From Deltaproteobacteria bacterium (GTDB lineage: Bacteria > Desulfobacterota > Desulfuromonadia > Geobacterales > Pseudopelobacteraceae): a DNA stretch of 30,318 bases. The stretch's first letter is position 1. The number at the start of each line of letters is the position of its first letter. Where the stretch lies: NCBI GenBank assembly GCA_030654645.1, contig JAURXC010000378.1, positions 1-30,318 of the forward strand, written 5' to 3'. Of this stretch, positions 9,139-17,778 are shown one piece after another. A model generated the notes under the pieces. The model worked only from the letters and a program-made list of their open reading frames with translations. It was not told the origin of the DNA and did not search any database. The position numbers were made by a program, and so were the translations under genes.

Positions 9139-11171
9139 TTGCTGATGTGATTCCGGTTATGTCAAATGGGCACAAACCCGTTATCCTGACGGTCGATGAC
9201 GATCCCAACAATCTGTCCGTAGTGCGCGACTGTCTTGTCGGCTGCAACTATACCATCCTGGTGGCGGAGGATGGTGAAAGCGCCGTCCAAAGAGCCGACT
9301 ATGCCAGGCCCGACCTGATCCTGCTCGACATAATGATGCCGGGGATCGACGGTTATGAGACCTGCCGCAGATTGAAAACTCTGGAGAGCACCAGGGAAAT
9401 CCCGGTGATATTCATGACCGCGCTGGCCGAAACCGGACACAAGGTGAAAGGCCTTGAGGTGGGGGGAGTGGACTATATCACCAAGCCTTTTCAGCGGGAG
9501 GAATTACTGGCCCGTATTTCCGTGCATCTGCATACTCGCGAATTGACCAGAAGACTTCGGGATGCGAATGAACTGTTGGAAACCAGGGTCGAGGAACGGA
9601 CCGCGGAACTGGCGCAGACTATTGATGCATTGCATGATGAAATCATGGAACGCAAGCGGGCCGAGGAAGAGCGGGTGCGTCTGGCACGGGCTATCGAGCA
9701 GGCTGCCGAGGCGATTTTCATGTCCGATGCTCAGTGGGTCATCACCTATGTGAATCCCGCATTCGAGCGAATGACCGGCTATAGCAGGGATGAGATTATC
9801 GGAAAGCACACCAGGATTCTCAAGAGCCATACCCATGAAACAGGTTATTACCATCAGATTCGTGAAACACTGGGCAGCGACAATGTCTGGTCGGGGCGCC
9901 TTACTACCAGGAAAAAAGACAGCTCTTTTTTTGAGGCTGATACTACCGTTTCCGCCGTTAAGGATTCAAAAGGCGCCATAATCAACTATGTAAGCATACT
10001 GCGGGATGTCACTCACGAACTGAAACTGGAACGTGAACTGCGCCAGTCGCAGAAGATGGAGGCGATTGGCACGCTGGCCGGTGGAATAGCCCATGACTTC
10101 AATAATATTCTGACGGCGGTGATCGGTTATACCGAGCTGGCCCAGCATAAGCTGGCAAAGGACGATGCCGCGGCGCGCGATCTGGAGCGGGTCCAGGAGG
10201 CCAGCTCACGCGCCAAGGATCTGGTTAACAGGATTCTGACCTTCAGCCGACAGAGCGAGTATGAGCGAAAACCGGTTCAAGTGGCAGCCGTGATCGACGA
10301 GGTCTTGAGTCTGCTGCGTTCCACCATTCCAAGCACTGTCGAGATACACCGTCACATTAACACGGCTACGAATGGGGACACTGTTCTGGCCGATCCGACC
10401 CAACTCCATCAGGTGTTGATGAACCTGGGCACCAATGCGGCTCATGCCATGCGTTCCCATGGTGGCATTTTGAGCGTGTCCCTGTCGGATTACGATGCTG
10501 ACGCAGCGTTTGTATCACTTTATCCAGATCTGGCGCCGGGACCGTTTGTGCGGCTTACGGTCAATGACACCGGCCATGGCATGGAAGCCTCTGTAAGGGA
10601 ACGGATTTTTGATCCTTATTTCACGACCAAGAAGGTGGGTGAAGGCACTGGAATGGGGCTGTCGGTGGTGCAGGGAATAATCAAGAACCATGGCGGCGCC
10701 ATCAGTGTCTTCAGCGAGCCGGGACAGGGAACCACCTTTAATGTTTTTCTGCCGAAGATCGTCGATGAGATAACGCGTGATGTTAATTCGAAAGAAGCAT
10801 CGTTCCGCGGAACGGAGCGGATCCTCTTTGTGGATGACGAAAAAGTGCTGGTGGATTTGGGGCAGTACCTGCTCCAGGAACTGGGATACCGGGTTACCAC
10901 TGAAACGAGCAGCCTGGAGGCGCTGAAATGTTTCCACGCCAATCCGGATGCGTTTGATCTGGTGATTACCGACATGACCATGCCCGGATTGACCGGCAGG
11001 GAGCTGGCCCGGCAGCTGTTGTCGATCCGTCCGGATATTCCGATTATCATGTGTTCCGGGTTCACCGAGTTCATTAATTCGACTGAGGCCAGGGAAGCCG
11101 GTATTCGGGACTTTTTCATGAAACCGTATGTGGCCAGCACCATGGCCAAAACCATTCGCAAGGTTCTTTAG
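9135..11171 (+). CDS. Cytoplasmic hybrid kinase/response regulator (REC-coiled coil-PAS-HisKA-HATPase-REC)
   Basis: N-terminal REC (VDDD...LLDIMMP), PAS (YVNPAFERMTGY), H-box GGIAHDFNNIL, FTTK..GEGTGMGL, C-terminal REC. ATGA overlap with the upstream kinase. Confidence 0.95.
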   Translation: MIADVIPVMSNGHKPVILTVDDDPNNLSVVRDCLVGCNYTILVAEDGESAVQRADYARPDLILLDIMMPGIDGYETCRRLKTLESTREIPVIFMTALAETGHKVKGLEVGGVDYITKPFQREELLARISVHLHTRELTRRLRDANELLETRVEERTAELAQTIDALHDEIMERKRAEEERVRLARAIEQAAEAIFMSDAQWVITYVNPAFERMTGYSRDEIIGKHTRILKSHTHETGYYHQIRETLGSDNVWSGRLTTRKKDSSFFEADTTVSAVKDSKGAIINYVSILRDVTHELKLERELRQSQKMEAIGTLAGGIAHDFNNILTAVIGYTELAQHKLAKDDAAARDLERVQEASSRAKDLVNRILTFSRQSEYERKPVQVAAVIDEVLSLLRSTIPSTVEIHRHINTATNGDTVLADPTQLHQVLMNLGTNAAHAMRSHGGILSVSLSDYDADAAFVSLYPDLAPGPFVRLTVNDTGHGMEASVRERIFDPYFTTKKVGEGTGMGLSVVQGIIKNHGGAISVFSEPGQGTTFNVFLPKIVDEITRDVNSKEASFRGTERILFVDDEKVLVDLGQYLLQELGYRVTTETSSLEALKCFHANPDAFDLVITDMTMPGLTGRELARQLLSIRPDIPIIMCSGFTEFINSTEAREAGIRDFFMKPYVASTMAKTIRKVL

Positions 11172-11241
11172 AAGGACAGCCGGTTGGAGTTCCTTTTAAA
11201 CCTCGCTTCAGATTTTCACTGCAGGAACCGCAACCTGCCCC

Positions 11242-11961
11242 TTATTCTTCCTCCTTACCGGAACAATTGTCGCCCCCAGTCATTTTGTCATACCACCCCC
11301 AGGGGTTTTTGCGTTTGATCCAGACCGGTATCACGAACAGCAGCACCACCAGCGCAAGCCCCAGTGAAATCTGCAGCAGGATGCCCCCGGTGAAAAAACT
11401 CTTGCCATAGTAGTTGAGGATGATGGTGCCGGGCGTCATTCCTGCCAGCGTGCTCAGAGCGAAGGAACGCAGTGTCATTCGGGTCAATCCGGCCCCGTAG
11501 CTGACCAGGGCGAACGAAAATACCGGCTCCAGGCGGGCAACGAGGACTATACAGGCCAACTGGCGTCGGGCGATGCGGTTACTGAAGGTGATGTCGCGCC
11601 GCAGGAGCCGGGTGATCGCCTCGCGTCCCAGGCTGCGGGCCAGGAGAAAACAGGCGATGGCGCCCGCCTCGGACCCCAGCAGCGCATAGACCGTGCCCCA
11701 GAAGGGGCCGAACAGCATGCCGCCGGCGATGTCCAGCGGCGCATTGGGAACCACTGTCACCACGATGGCGATCACACGCAGAAGCATGTACACGAGCGGC
11801 GCCAGCCAACCGGCCTGTTGCAGGAAACCTTCGATCCAGGCCGGATCGAACAGCTCCTGCGGGGTTTTGCGCCAGACGATTACAGCCAGCGCCACCAGCA
11901 GCACCACCAGGAGTGCCGCCTTGCCGACTTCCAGGATTTTGTGCTTGTCAGACGGATACAT
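11242..11961 (-). CDS. TVP38/TMEM64 (VTT/DedA-like) family membrane protein
   Basis: GGMLFGPFWGTVYALLGSEAGAIACFLLARSLGR and SYGAGLT motifs. Start moved to ATG 11961 (GGTGGAAG upstream). Confidence 0.88.
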   Translation of the reverse strand: MYPSDKHKILEVGKAALLVVLLVALAVIVWRKTPQELFDPAWIEGFLQQAGWLAPLVYMLLRVIAIVVTVVPNAPLDIAGGMLFGPFWGTVYALLGSEAGAIACFLLARSLGREAITRLLRRDITFSNRIARRQLACIVLVARLEPVFSFALVSYGAGLTRMTLRSFALSTLAGMTPGTIILNYYGKSFFTGGILLQISLGLALVVLLFVIPVWIKRKNPWGWYDKMTGGDNCSGKEEE

Positions 11962-12153
11962 CTTCCACCCGGATGCGGGGCCGTCCCCGACTGTGATTGG
12001 TAAAGTGACGTTTGCAACTATACCACTTGAGAAACAGTATGGCATAAGTTTAATCAGGCAGCAGCATCTGCTTACGTATCTATCCCTTGACCGGAATACA
12101 AGTCGGACTTATATTTTTACCGCTGCACATCTATCAACGAGAGGTGAACTGAC

Positions 12154-12954
12154 ATGGCAATGGACGTGGTTGATTATGAAATCTTCGGTTCCGAGATGCA
12201 GTATGTGGAGGTGGAGCTGGATCCGGGCGAGGCCGCCGTGGGCGAGGCCGGCGTGATGATGTACATGCAGTCCGGCATCCAGATGGATACGGTTTTCGGC
12301 GATGGTTCCCAGCAGCAGGGCGGTTTCATGGGCAAACTGATGGGAGCTGGCAAGCGGCTGCTGACGGGAGAGAGCCTGTTTACCACCGTATTCCATAACG
12401 AGAGCAGCGGCAAACGGCGGGTTGCCTTTGCGGCCCCCTATCCGGGGAAGATCATCCCGGTCCATCTGTCCGATATCGGCGGCACCCTGATCTGCCAGAA
12501 GGACTCTTTTCTCTGCGCCGCCAAGGGGGTCTCGCTCGGTATTGCCTTCCAGAAAAAACTGGGGGTGGGGCTGTTCGGCGGTGAGGGGTTCATCATGCAG
12601 AAATTGGAGGGTGACGGCATGGCCTTCGTGCATGCCGGAGGTACCCTGAAGGAGCTGGTGCTGGCGCCCGGTGAATCGCTGCGGGTCGATACCGGCTGCG
12701 TCGTGGCCTTTCAGCCGTCGGTCGATTTCGACATCCAGTTCGTCGGCAAGATCAAGTCGGCCATCTTCGGCGGTGAGGGGCTCTTCTTCGCCACCCTGAC
12801 CGGTCCCGGCAAAGTCTGGCTGCAGTCCCTGCCACTGTCGCGCCTGGCCAACCGCATCATCCTCTCGGCCCCCGCCGCCGGCGGGCGTTCCGCCGACCAG
12901 GGCTCACTGCTGGGAGCCGGTGTGCTGGGTGGTCTGCTGGGCGGCAATGACTGA
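12154..12954 (+). CDS. TIGR00266/AIM24 family protein
   Basis: [33 protein letters not shown] repeats and [11 protein letters not shown]. Confidence 0.92.
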   Translation: MAMDVVDYEIFGSEMQYVEVELDPGEAAVGEAGVMMYMQSGIQMDTVFGDGSQQQGGFMGKLMGAGKRLLTGESLFTTVFHNESSGKRRVAFAAPYPGKIIPVHLSDIGGTLICQKDSFLCAAKGVSLGIAFQKKLGVGLFGGEGFIMQKLEGDGMAFVHAGGTLKELVLAPGESLRVDTGCVVAFQPSVDFDIQFVGKIKSAIFGGEGLFFATLTGPGKVWLQSLPLSRLANRIILSAPAAGGRSADQGSLLGAGVLGGLLGGND

Positions 12955-14041
12955 GCAAACGTTTGAGGGACGGCTCTTCGGGCCGGGGTTGCCGGGAGCC
13001 GGAGCCGAGGCCGTGGGGAGTTGGGACGGGCAGGGGCGCTTGCGCGTAGTTGTGGAAGTAACGCCACGCACCGAACTGCTGGCCGAGAACCCGGCCATTG
13101 CCGCGGCCGGCTTCAACGCCGCCTCGCTGCGGATTACCTGGGATGGTGATGCCGGCGCTTATGCCTTTGTGATCGAGAAGGATGCCGCCCTCACTGCCTG
13201 CGGCGTTTCGGCCCCTTCCGGCATCGCTGGCCGCATCTTGTCCGCCAGAGGGGCGCGGGGACGCCTGGAGAGGCGTTTCAGGTTCGGCGGAGTGCTACTG
13301 GCGCTGTTCCTGGCGCTGCCGCTGATATTGATCGGCGTTTTCCTGTTGAACTCCGACCGTGTTGCCGACTGGGCGGTCAAACGCATCCCGCACGAGCAGG
13401 AGGCCCGGCTGGGCGACCTGGTCCTGGCCCAGACCCGCCTGCGGATGAAGATCCTGGACAGCGGTCCGGCCGTTGACGCGGTCAGCGCCATTGGAAGCAA
13501 GCTCACGACCGGATCGCTCCACCGCTACCGCTGGTTCGTTGCCGATCGTCCCGATGTCAATGCCTTTGCCGCTCCCGGCGGAGTGGTGGTCGTCTTCAGC
13601 GGCCTGATCCGCTCCGCCGGGTCGGCCGAGGAGCTTGCCGGTGTTCTCGCGCACGAGGTGGCCCATGCCGAACTGCGCCACAGCCTGAGGGGCATGGTCA
13701 AAAGCCTCGGACTGCGCGCGCTGGTCTCGCTGCTGACCGGAGATGCTTCCGGCGGCGTCTTTGCCGACGCGGCCACCAGGCTGACCGAACTGCGCTTTTC
13801 GCGCGAGGCGGAACGCGAGGCCGATGACGAGGGGCTGCGGCGACTGGTCAAGGCCCACATCGACCCGAACGGAATGCTCCGTTTCTACCGGAAGCTGGCC
13901 AGTGAAGGCCGGCCGTCTCCCCCGCCGCTCCTCTCGACCCATCCGGCAACCGGAGAACGCCTTGAACGTCTGCGCCGTGAAGTGGCCGGACTCAAACAAA
14001 AATGGGTGCCGCTTCCAATTGATCTCACTTCGCTGAAATAA
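12947..14041 (+). CDS. M48 family zinc metallopeptidase
   Basis: [21 protein letters not shown] (HEXXH), [10 protein letters not shown] and STHP..ER motifs with one TM segment. Start ATG 12947 overlaps the AIM24 3' end. Confidence 0.93.
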   Translation: MTEQTFEGRLFGPGLPGAGAEAVGSWDGQGRLRVVVEVTPRTELLAENPAIAAAGFNAASLRITWDGDAGAYAFVIEKDAALTACGVSAPSGIAGRILSARGARGRLERRFRFGGVLLALFLALPLILIGVFLLNSDRVADWAVKRIPHEQEARLGDLVLAQTRLRMKILDSGPAVDAVSAIGSKLTTGSLHRYRWFVADRPDVNAFAAPGGVVVVFSGLIRSAGSAEELAGVLAHEVAHAELRHSLRGMVKSLGLRALVSLLTGDASGGVFADAATRLTELRFSREAEREADDEGLRRLVKAHIDPNGMLRFYRKLASEGRPSPPPLLSTHPATGERLERLRREVAGLKQKWVPLPIDLTSLK

Positions 14042-14100
14042 AGGCGGACCATGTGGACTCTTTTATGTTTCAGTGACAAAAACCTTTAATTTCTTTCGTA

Positions 14101-14136
14101 AAAAAGGCCTCCGTTTCCGTAGGCCTTTTCATTTTC
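14101..14136. terminator. Probable bidirectional intrinsic terminator between convergent M48 and PEP-CTERM genes
   Basis: aaaaggcct / aggcctttt stem with A- and T-rich flanks. Confidence 0.65.
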
Positions 14137-14156
14137 AGATGGATTGTTGAAAAACG

Positions 14157-14786
14157 TTACTTTCCGGACCTTTTTCTCCAGAGAGCGAAACCGCCAAGTC
14201 CGGCACCGAGTAGTATCAATGTTGAAGGTTCCGGCACAGGAGAGGGGATAGCGACAATGTAATCCTGATAGCCTGAACCGTAACCTGATGGAACGTTGCC
14301 GGGGCTTACGGCTAGTGAGTAACGGCTGAGGTCGAATGCGCCGGTGTTTATACTGGCCAATAATCCATTTACGGTGCTTTCCAAAGCTGGATTGGGATTG
14401 TTCCAGGTGAAGTCAGTCCCCATGACTGTTTCCCAGATTGCTACCTGAACGGCGGCTGCGTTTGATGAATTGCTCAGAGAGAACAGGTATGCCGCTCGCG
14501 CATACACTGAATTCGGGTCTATGGCTCGGAGGTCATATGCCTGTGTAGTTGTTGGCGCCCATGCAGGATCGACACAGAAGCCGTTGACGACGTCTGCCCC
14601 GTTGATTTTGAGCTGATAGTATCCTGCCAGGACATTATATGTGCCATTGATCGGAGACCCGAAAGTCCCGTTTATGACCACTGAGTTATTAACACCTACT
14701 TCGTTTAGAGTAATCGGTATTGCAAAGGCGATTCCGGACATGGTCACTATCGAAACCAGAACAATGACAGACAATAGACGTTTCAT
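14157..14786 (-). CDS. PEP-CTERM sorting-domain surface protein with a putative thioester domain
   Basis: Signal peptide; C-terminal VPEPSTLILLGAGLGGFALWRKR; internal FCVD, VQVAIW and YQDYI motifs. RBS GGAGG precedes ATG 14786. Confidence 0.93.
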   Translation of the reverse strand: MKRLLSVIVLVSIVTMSGIAFAIPITLNEVGVNNSVVINGTFGSPINGTYNVLAGYYQLKINGADVVNGFCVDPAWAPTTTQAYDLRAIDPNSVYARAAYLFSLSNSSNAAAVQVAIWETVMGTDFTWNNPNPALESTVNGLLASINTGAFDLSRYSLAVSPGNVPSGYGSGYQDYIVAIPSPVPEPSTLILLGAGLGGFALWRKRSGK

Positions 14787-14829
14787 AAAAAATCCTCCAA
14801 TGTGCAAAATTTAGCATTTGCAGGATAAA

Positions 14830-14845
14830 AGCATGAAGTGTGCCG
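14830..14845 (-). promoter_or_regulatory. Sigma54 (-24/-12) promoter of the PEP-CTERM gene
   Basis: Minus strand CGGCACACTTCATGCT: GG and GC are 12 nt apart as in TGGCACnnnnnTTGC. Confidence 0.75.
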
Positions 14846-14950
14846 TAGTAAACATGGCCGGAAATTCTCAAGGTAACTATCTGATAGGATAGGAAATAAG
14901 ATTGGATAAAAGTGTTCGTTCCCGATGGGTTACGGGGTTGATTGAAGTTG

Positions 14951-14967
14951 TGTAAAGAATGTCGACA
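14951..14967. promoter_or_regulatory. Enhancer-binding-protein UAS (TGT-N11-ACA), probable PEP-CTERM box
   Basis: TGTAAAGAATGTCGACA, centred about 115 bp upstream of the -24 element. Confidence 0.65.
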
Positions 14968-15094
14968 GTATTGTTGTCCCCATAAACCCTGTTATGTGGG
15001 CGAGGATTCAGCTGCAATTTACTATTCTAATAGAAAGCTTTCTCAAGTTCGAACATCTCCCGGCAGCAGAGCGGGCTGCCGCCGGATATAGTTA

Positions 15095-16003
15095 CTACCA
15101 CCAGCGCCAGAGCGCCAGGATCAGTACGATCAGAAAGACGTTCACCAGGTTCATGTAGGCCATGAAGAAGAATACCCGCTCGTGGAGCGGCGACGGGCGT
15201 TTGACCCCGCTTACCAGATGTCCCACCACCGGCAGCTTTTCCAGCAGTTCGGCGCCGTGGGGCGCCTGGGACAGCACCTGGCTCAGGTCGCACCCGGCCT
15301 GGTGCCTGCCCATGTGATTGCCCTGCTTCCATAAGCGGCTCTGTCCGGCATCGTAGATCGTTCCACGGTAGGCGAACAGGGCCGGCCGCCCCTCCTTGCC
15401 GTCGCAAAGGCCAAGTTCTTCGATGCTCATCTCCCCGCCGAGGACCGGTTGCGCCTCTCCGCTACTCTTCCTCCTCAATCGCGGTCCGATCACGGTAACC
15501 ACGAAGGCGGCCGAGGTGACCATCACCAGGTAGAGGGAAATTTTCACCAGCAGCAGGATGCCGAAGCGGGACTGCAACAGCAGTTCGGGAGAGTCGATCC
15601 GAAAACGGGTCAGGATGACGCCGGTGATGCCCATTACCACCATGGAGGCGATGCCGACCCGCATTTCTCCGCGCGGCAGCCCGCTGGATGCATAGGCCGG
15701 CTTGAGCACCAGGTGGACGTAGAGAATGGTGCCGAACCAGAGGAAGGCGGTGATCATGTGCAGGTAGCCGACGGCAAAGCGGAATGCCTTGGCGGTTGCC
15801 GACAGGGGCGGCTTGGGTGTGGTTTTTGTGAGAGTGTCGCCAAACTCACGGCCGGCTTTGGTGAGTTCGCCTCCGCCGGCAGGATCAACATGGCAGGCGG
15901 CGCAGTCGCGGCCGGTTTGGTTGGCATATTCCTCGGTGGCAACTGCCGTCAGCGGACAGGCCAGCGTCAGGATCAATACAAGCTGGATCAGTAGTCTGTT
16001 CAT
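15095..16003 (-). CDS. Membrane protein fusing a periplasmic monoheme c motif, a CopD-like TM region and a cytochrome b5-like domain
   Basis: Signal peptide, CAACH, 4 TM segments, then EELGLCDGKEGRPALFAYRGTIYD..HMGRHQAG.DL...APHG, and a terminal TM segment. Confidence 0.8.
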   Translation of the reverse strand: MNRLLIQLVLILTLACPLTAVATEEYANQTGRDCAACHVDPAGGGELTKAGREFGDTLTKTTPKPPLSATAKAFRFAVGYLHMITAFLWFGTILYVHLVLKPAYASSGLPRGEMRVGIASMVVMGITGVILTRFRIDSPELLLQSRFGILLLVKISLYLVMVTSAAFVVTVIGPRLRRKSSGEAQPVLGGEMSIEELGLCDGKEGRPALFAYRGTIYDAGQSRLWKQGNHMGRHQAGCDLSQVLSQAPHGAELLEKLPVVGHLVSGVKRPSPLHERVFFFMAYMNLVNVFLIVLILALWRWW

Positions 16004-16211
16004 GGGATTGATATAGCGAGTGTCCGGCCGGATGTCAACGGTTGTGCGCTCCGGACCTGCGGGGCAGTCGCCTGGAAGATGGCGCCGGCCGGCTTGCGGG
16101 GTGGTGCGGCGCCTGTTTTTAATGTTTGCAGCAGGCCAGTAAGAGACTAAAATGGTCTTGTACTCAGGATTCTATCCTGATCGCACTATCGATTAGTCCG
16201 GAGGTGTTACC

Positions 16212-16625
16212 ATGACATCATTTATGTCTAAATACAGTGCGCAATGTTATGCGCTGATGCGGATCGTGGCCGGCTTCCTGTTTCTGTGGCACGGCTGCCA
16301 GAAACTGTTCGATTTTCCGGTCGGCATGCCGCCCGGCGTTCCAGCCTTCATCACCTATGTTGCCGGGCCGATCGAGCTGATCGGCGGCATCCTGGTGATG
16401 ATCGGCCTGTTCACGCACTGGACGGCCTTCATAACCAGTGGTCTGATGGCATTCGCCTACTGGATCGGGCATGGAACCAAGGCGCTGCTGCCGCTCCAGA
16501 ATAATGGTGAGCTGGCGGCACTGTACTGCTTCGTATTCCTGTTCATCGCCGCGCAGGGGGGCGGCATCTGGAGCGTTGACTCTCTGAGGGCTGGCGGCAG
16601 CCCCGGCGGTCCGGGCAAGCGGTGA
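16212..16625 (+). CDS. DoxX family membrane protein
   Basis: LMRIVAGFLFLWHGCQKLF, IELIGGILVMIGLFT, NNGELAALYCF and GGGIWSVD motifs. Confidence 0.9.
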   Translation: MTSFMSKYSAQCYALMRIVAGFLFLWHGCQKLFDFPVGMPPGVPAFITYVAGPIELIGGILVMIGLFTHWTAFITSGLMAFAYWIGHGTKALLPLQNNGELAALYCFVFLFIAAQGGGIWSVDSLRAGGSPGGPGKR

Positions 16626-16664
16626 CGGGAGAGATGAGAGAAACTGAAGATGATATTCAAGGGT

Positions 16665-16693
16665 AGGGGCGGCCGGATGGCCGCCCCTTTGTT
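16665..16693. terminator. Intrinsic terminator between convergent DoxX and VOC genes
   Basis: Perfect 10-bp stem aggggcggcc-ggat-ggccgcccct followed by TTGTT. Confidence 0.8.
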
Positions 16694-16698
16694 ACGGG

Positions 16699-17082
16699 TT
16701 ACATCGGCAGATAGGTGATTACCGAAAACATGACTCCCTGCGGGTCCATCAGTGCGGCGAAACGCCCGACATTCGGAATGTCGGTGGGAGGCATCAGCAC
16801 CTTGCCCCCCAGTTCTTCGGCCTTGCGGGCGGTGGCGTCCACATCGTCAACCGTGATGTAAATCCCCCACTGTGGTTTTATTTCGCCGTCGCAGCATTGA
16901 TTCGACATGATCCCGGCCACCCGTTCCTCGCCGACTTTTGCCAGGGTATAGGACATCCCCTCCACCGGGGCCAGTTCGGTGGTCCAACCCAGGAGTGCCG
17001 TATAAAATTGTATGGCCCCATCCACGTCGGTGGTGGCAAGTTCGGCCCAACTGAAAGCGCCTTGTTTAGATATATCTGACAT
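16699..17082 (-). CDS. VOC (glyoxalase/bleomycin resistance) family protein
   Basis: FSWAELATTDVDGAIQFYTALLGW, WGIYITVDDVD and GRFAALMDPQG motifs. RBS AAGGGG precedes ATG 17082. Confidence 0.92.
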   Translation of the reverse strand: MSDISKQGAFSWAELATTDVDGAIQFYTALLGWTTELAPVEGMSYTLAKVGEERVAGIMSNQCCDGEIKPQWGIYITVDDVDATARKAEELGGKVLMPPTDIPNVGRFAALMDPQGVMFSVITYLPM

Positions 17083-17351
17083 GGTTGATTCCCCTTTCGT
17101 GGCTATTGAGCGATTATCTCGCATATCCTCATTTTAGACTTCCTCCCGGCGTGTGCCAATAAATAAAATCAGGGGCTTCCGCCCCTGCCGACGCGACTGG
17201 AATTGAAAAAAAGCCGCTTTCCTGGTTTTTGGACAATTCCGCTTTTGGCAGTATTTTCCCGTGATCGCTCGCAGGGAGAGGGAGTATAATTTAGGTAGAA
17301 GTAGTAGATCAGAACGTTTGAACACGACTGACTGAAAAGGGAGGTGCCTCC

Positions 17352-17513
17352 ATGAAAATCATGACTGTTGGAACCATGATGCCTCGTCGCCGCACAAGCA
17401 TTGCCATGAAAACGTTATTGGGCAAAATGCATCGCATGATGATGAACCACAATGTGCATGTCATCACCCATCACGGAAAAACGATGTTGGGCCGCAAGGG
17501 GCGCAAGGCCTGA
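17352..17513 (+). CDS. Small (53 aa) basic Met/His-rich protein, not in the ORF track
   Basis: MKIMTVGTMMPRRRTSIAMKTLLGKMHRMMMNHNVHVITHHGKTMLGRKGRKA; strong RBS AAAGGGAGGTG; TATAAT at 17285-17290. Confidence 0.6.
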   Translation: MKIMTVGTMMPRRRTSIAMKTLLGKMHRMMMNHNVHVITHHGKTMLGRKGRKA

Positions 17514-17581
17514 AATGCTGATTGCGGAATTTCAAACCCTGCCATTCATGAAAGCCGGCTCCATGTATTCACTCATGGCGG

Positions 17582-17610
17582 TTGACTCGACGGAGGATGT
17601 CTTATATATT
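17582..17610 (+). promoter_or_regulatory. Sigma70 promoter for the riboswitch leader
   Basis: TTGACT-N17-TATATT ends about 20 nt before the aptamer. Confidence 0.65.
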
Positions 17611-17630
17611 TGTCCCCGCATTTCAAGCAA

Positions 17631-17716
17631 GGATAACCGATAAGACTAAACCGCCCGCGAGGGTGGGGCGGAAAGCCCATTGGGTCTCACCGAGACAGCC
17701 GGGATGCCGAAGTATC
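17631..17716 (+). ncRNA. c-di-GMP-I (GEMM-I) family riboswitch, GEMM-Ib variant predicted to sense 3',3'-cGAMP
   Basis: ...AAGACTAAACCGCCCGCGAGGGTGGGGCGGAAAGCC...GGGTCTC..GAGACAGCCGGGATGCCGAAGTATC matches the GEMM-I layout (GNRA-type tetraloop on P2, receptor on P3). A at 17645 is the position equivalent to Vc2 G20. Confidence 0.9.
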
Positions 17717-17739
17717 ACAGCCGGCATCCCGGTTTTTTT
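17699..17739 (+). terminator. Riboswitch expression-platform terminator
   Basis: 11-bp stem ccgggatgccg / cggcatcccgg plus a T-tract; the 5' arm lies inside the aptamer. Confidence 0.85.
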
Positions 17740-17778
17740 ATATCGGTATGCCGGATCCAATACGAAAGGGAGATGAAA

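Noticed and set aside
12154-14041. AIM24-M48 protease overlap as a novel system
   Set aside because: Both are common families and nothing unusual is visible beyond adjacency.
17170-17187. Hairpin caggggc-ttcc-gcccctg with a minus-strand T-tract upstream of the VOC gene
   Set aside because: No recognisable aptamer or leader peptide supports an attenuator; it may simply insulate divergent promoters.
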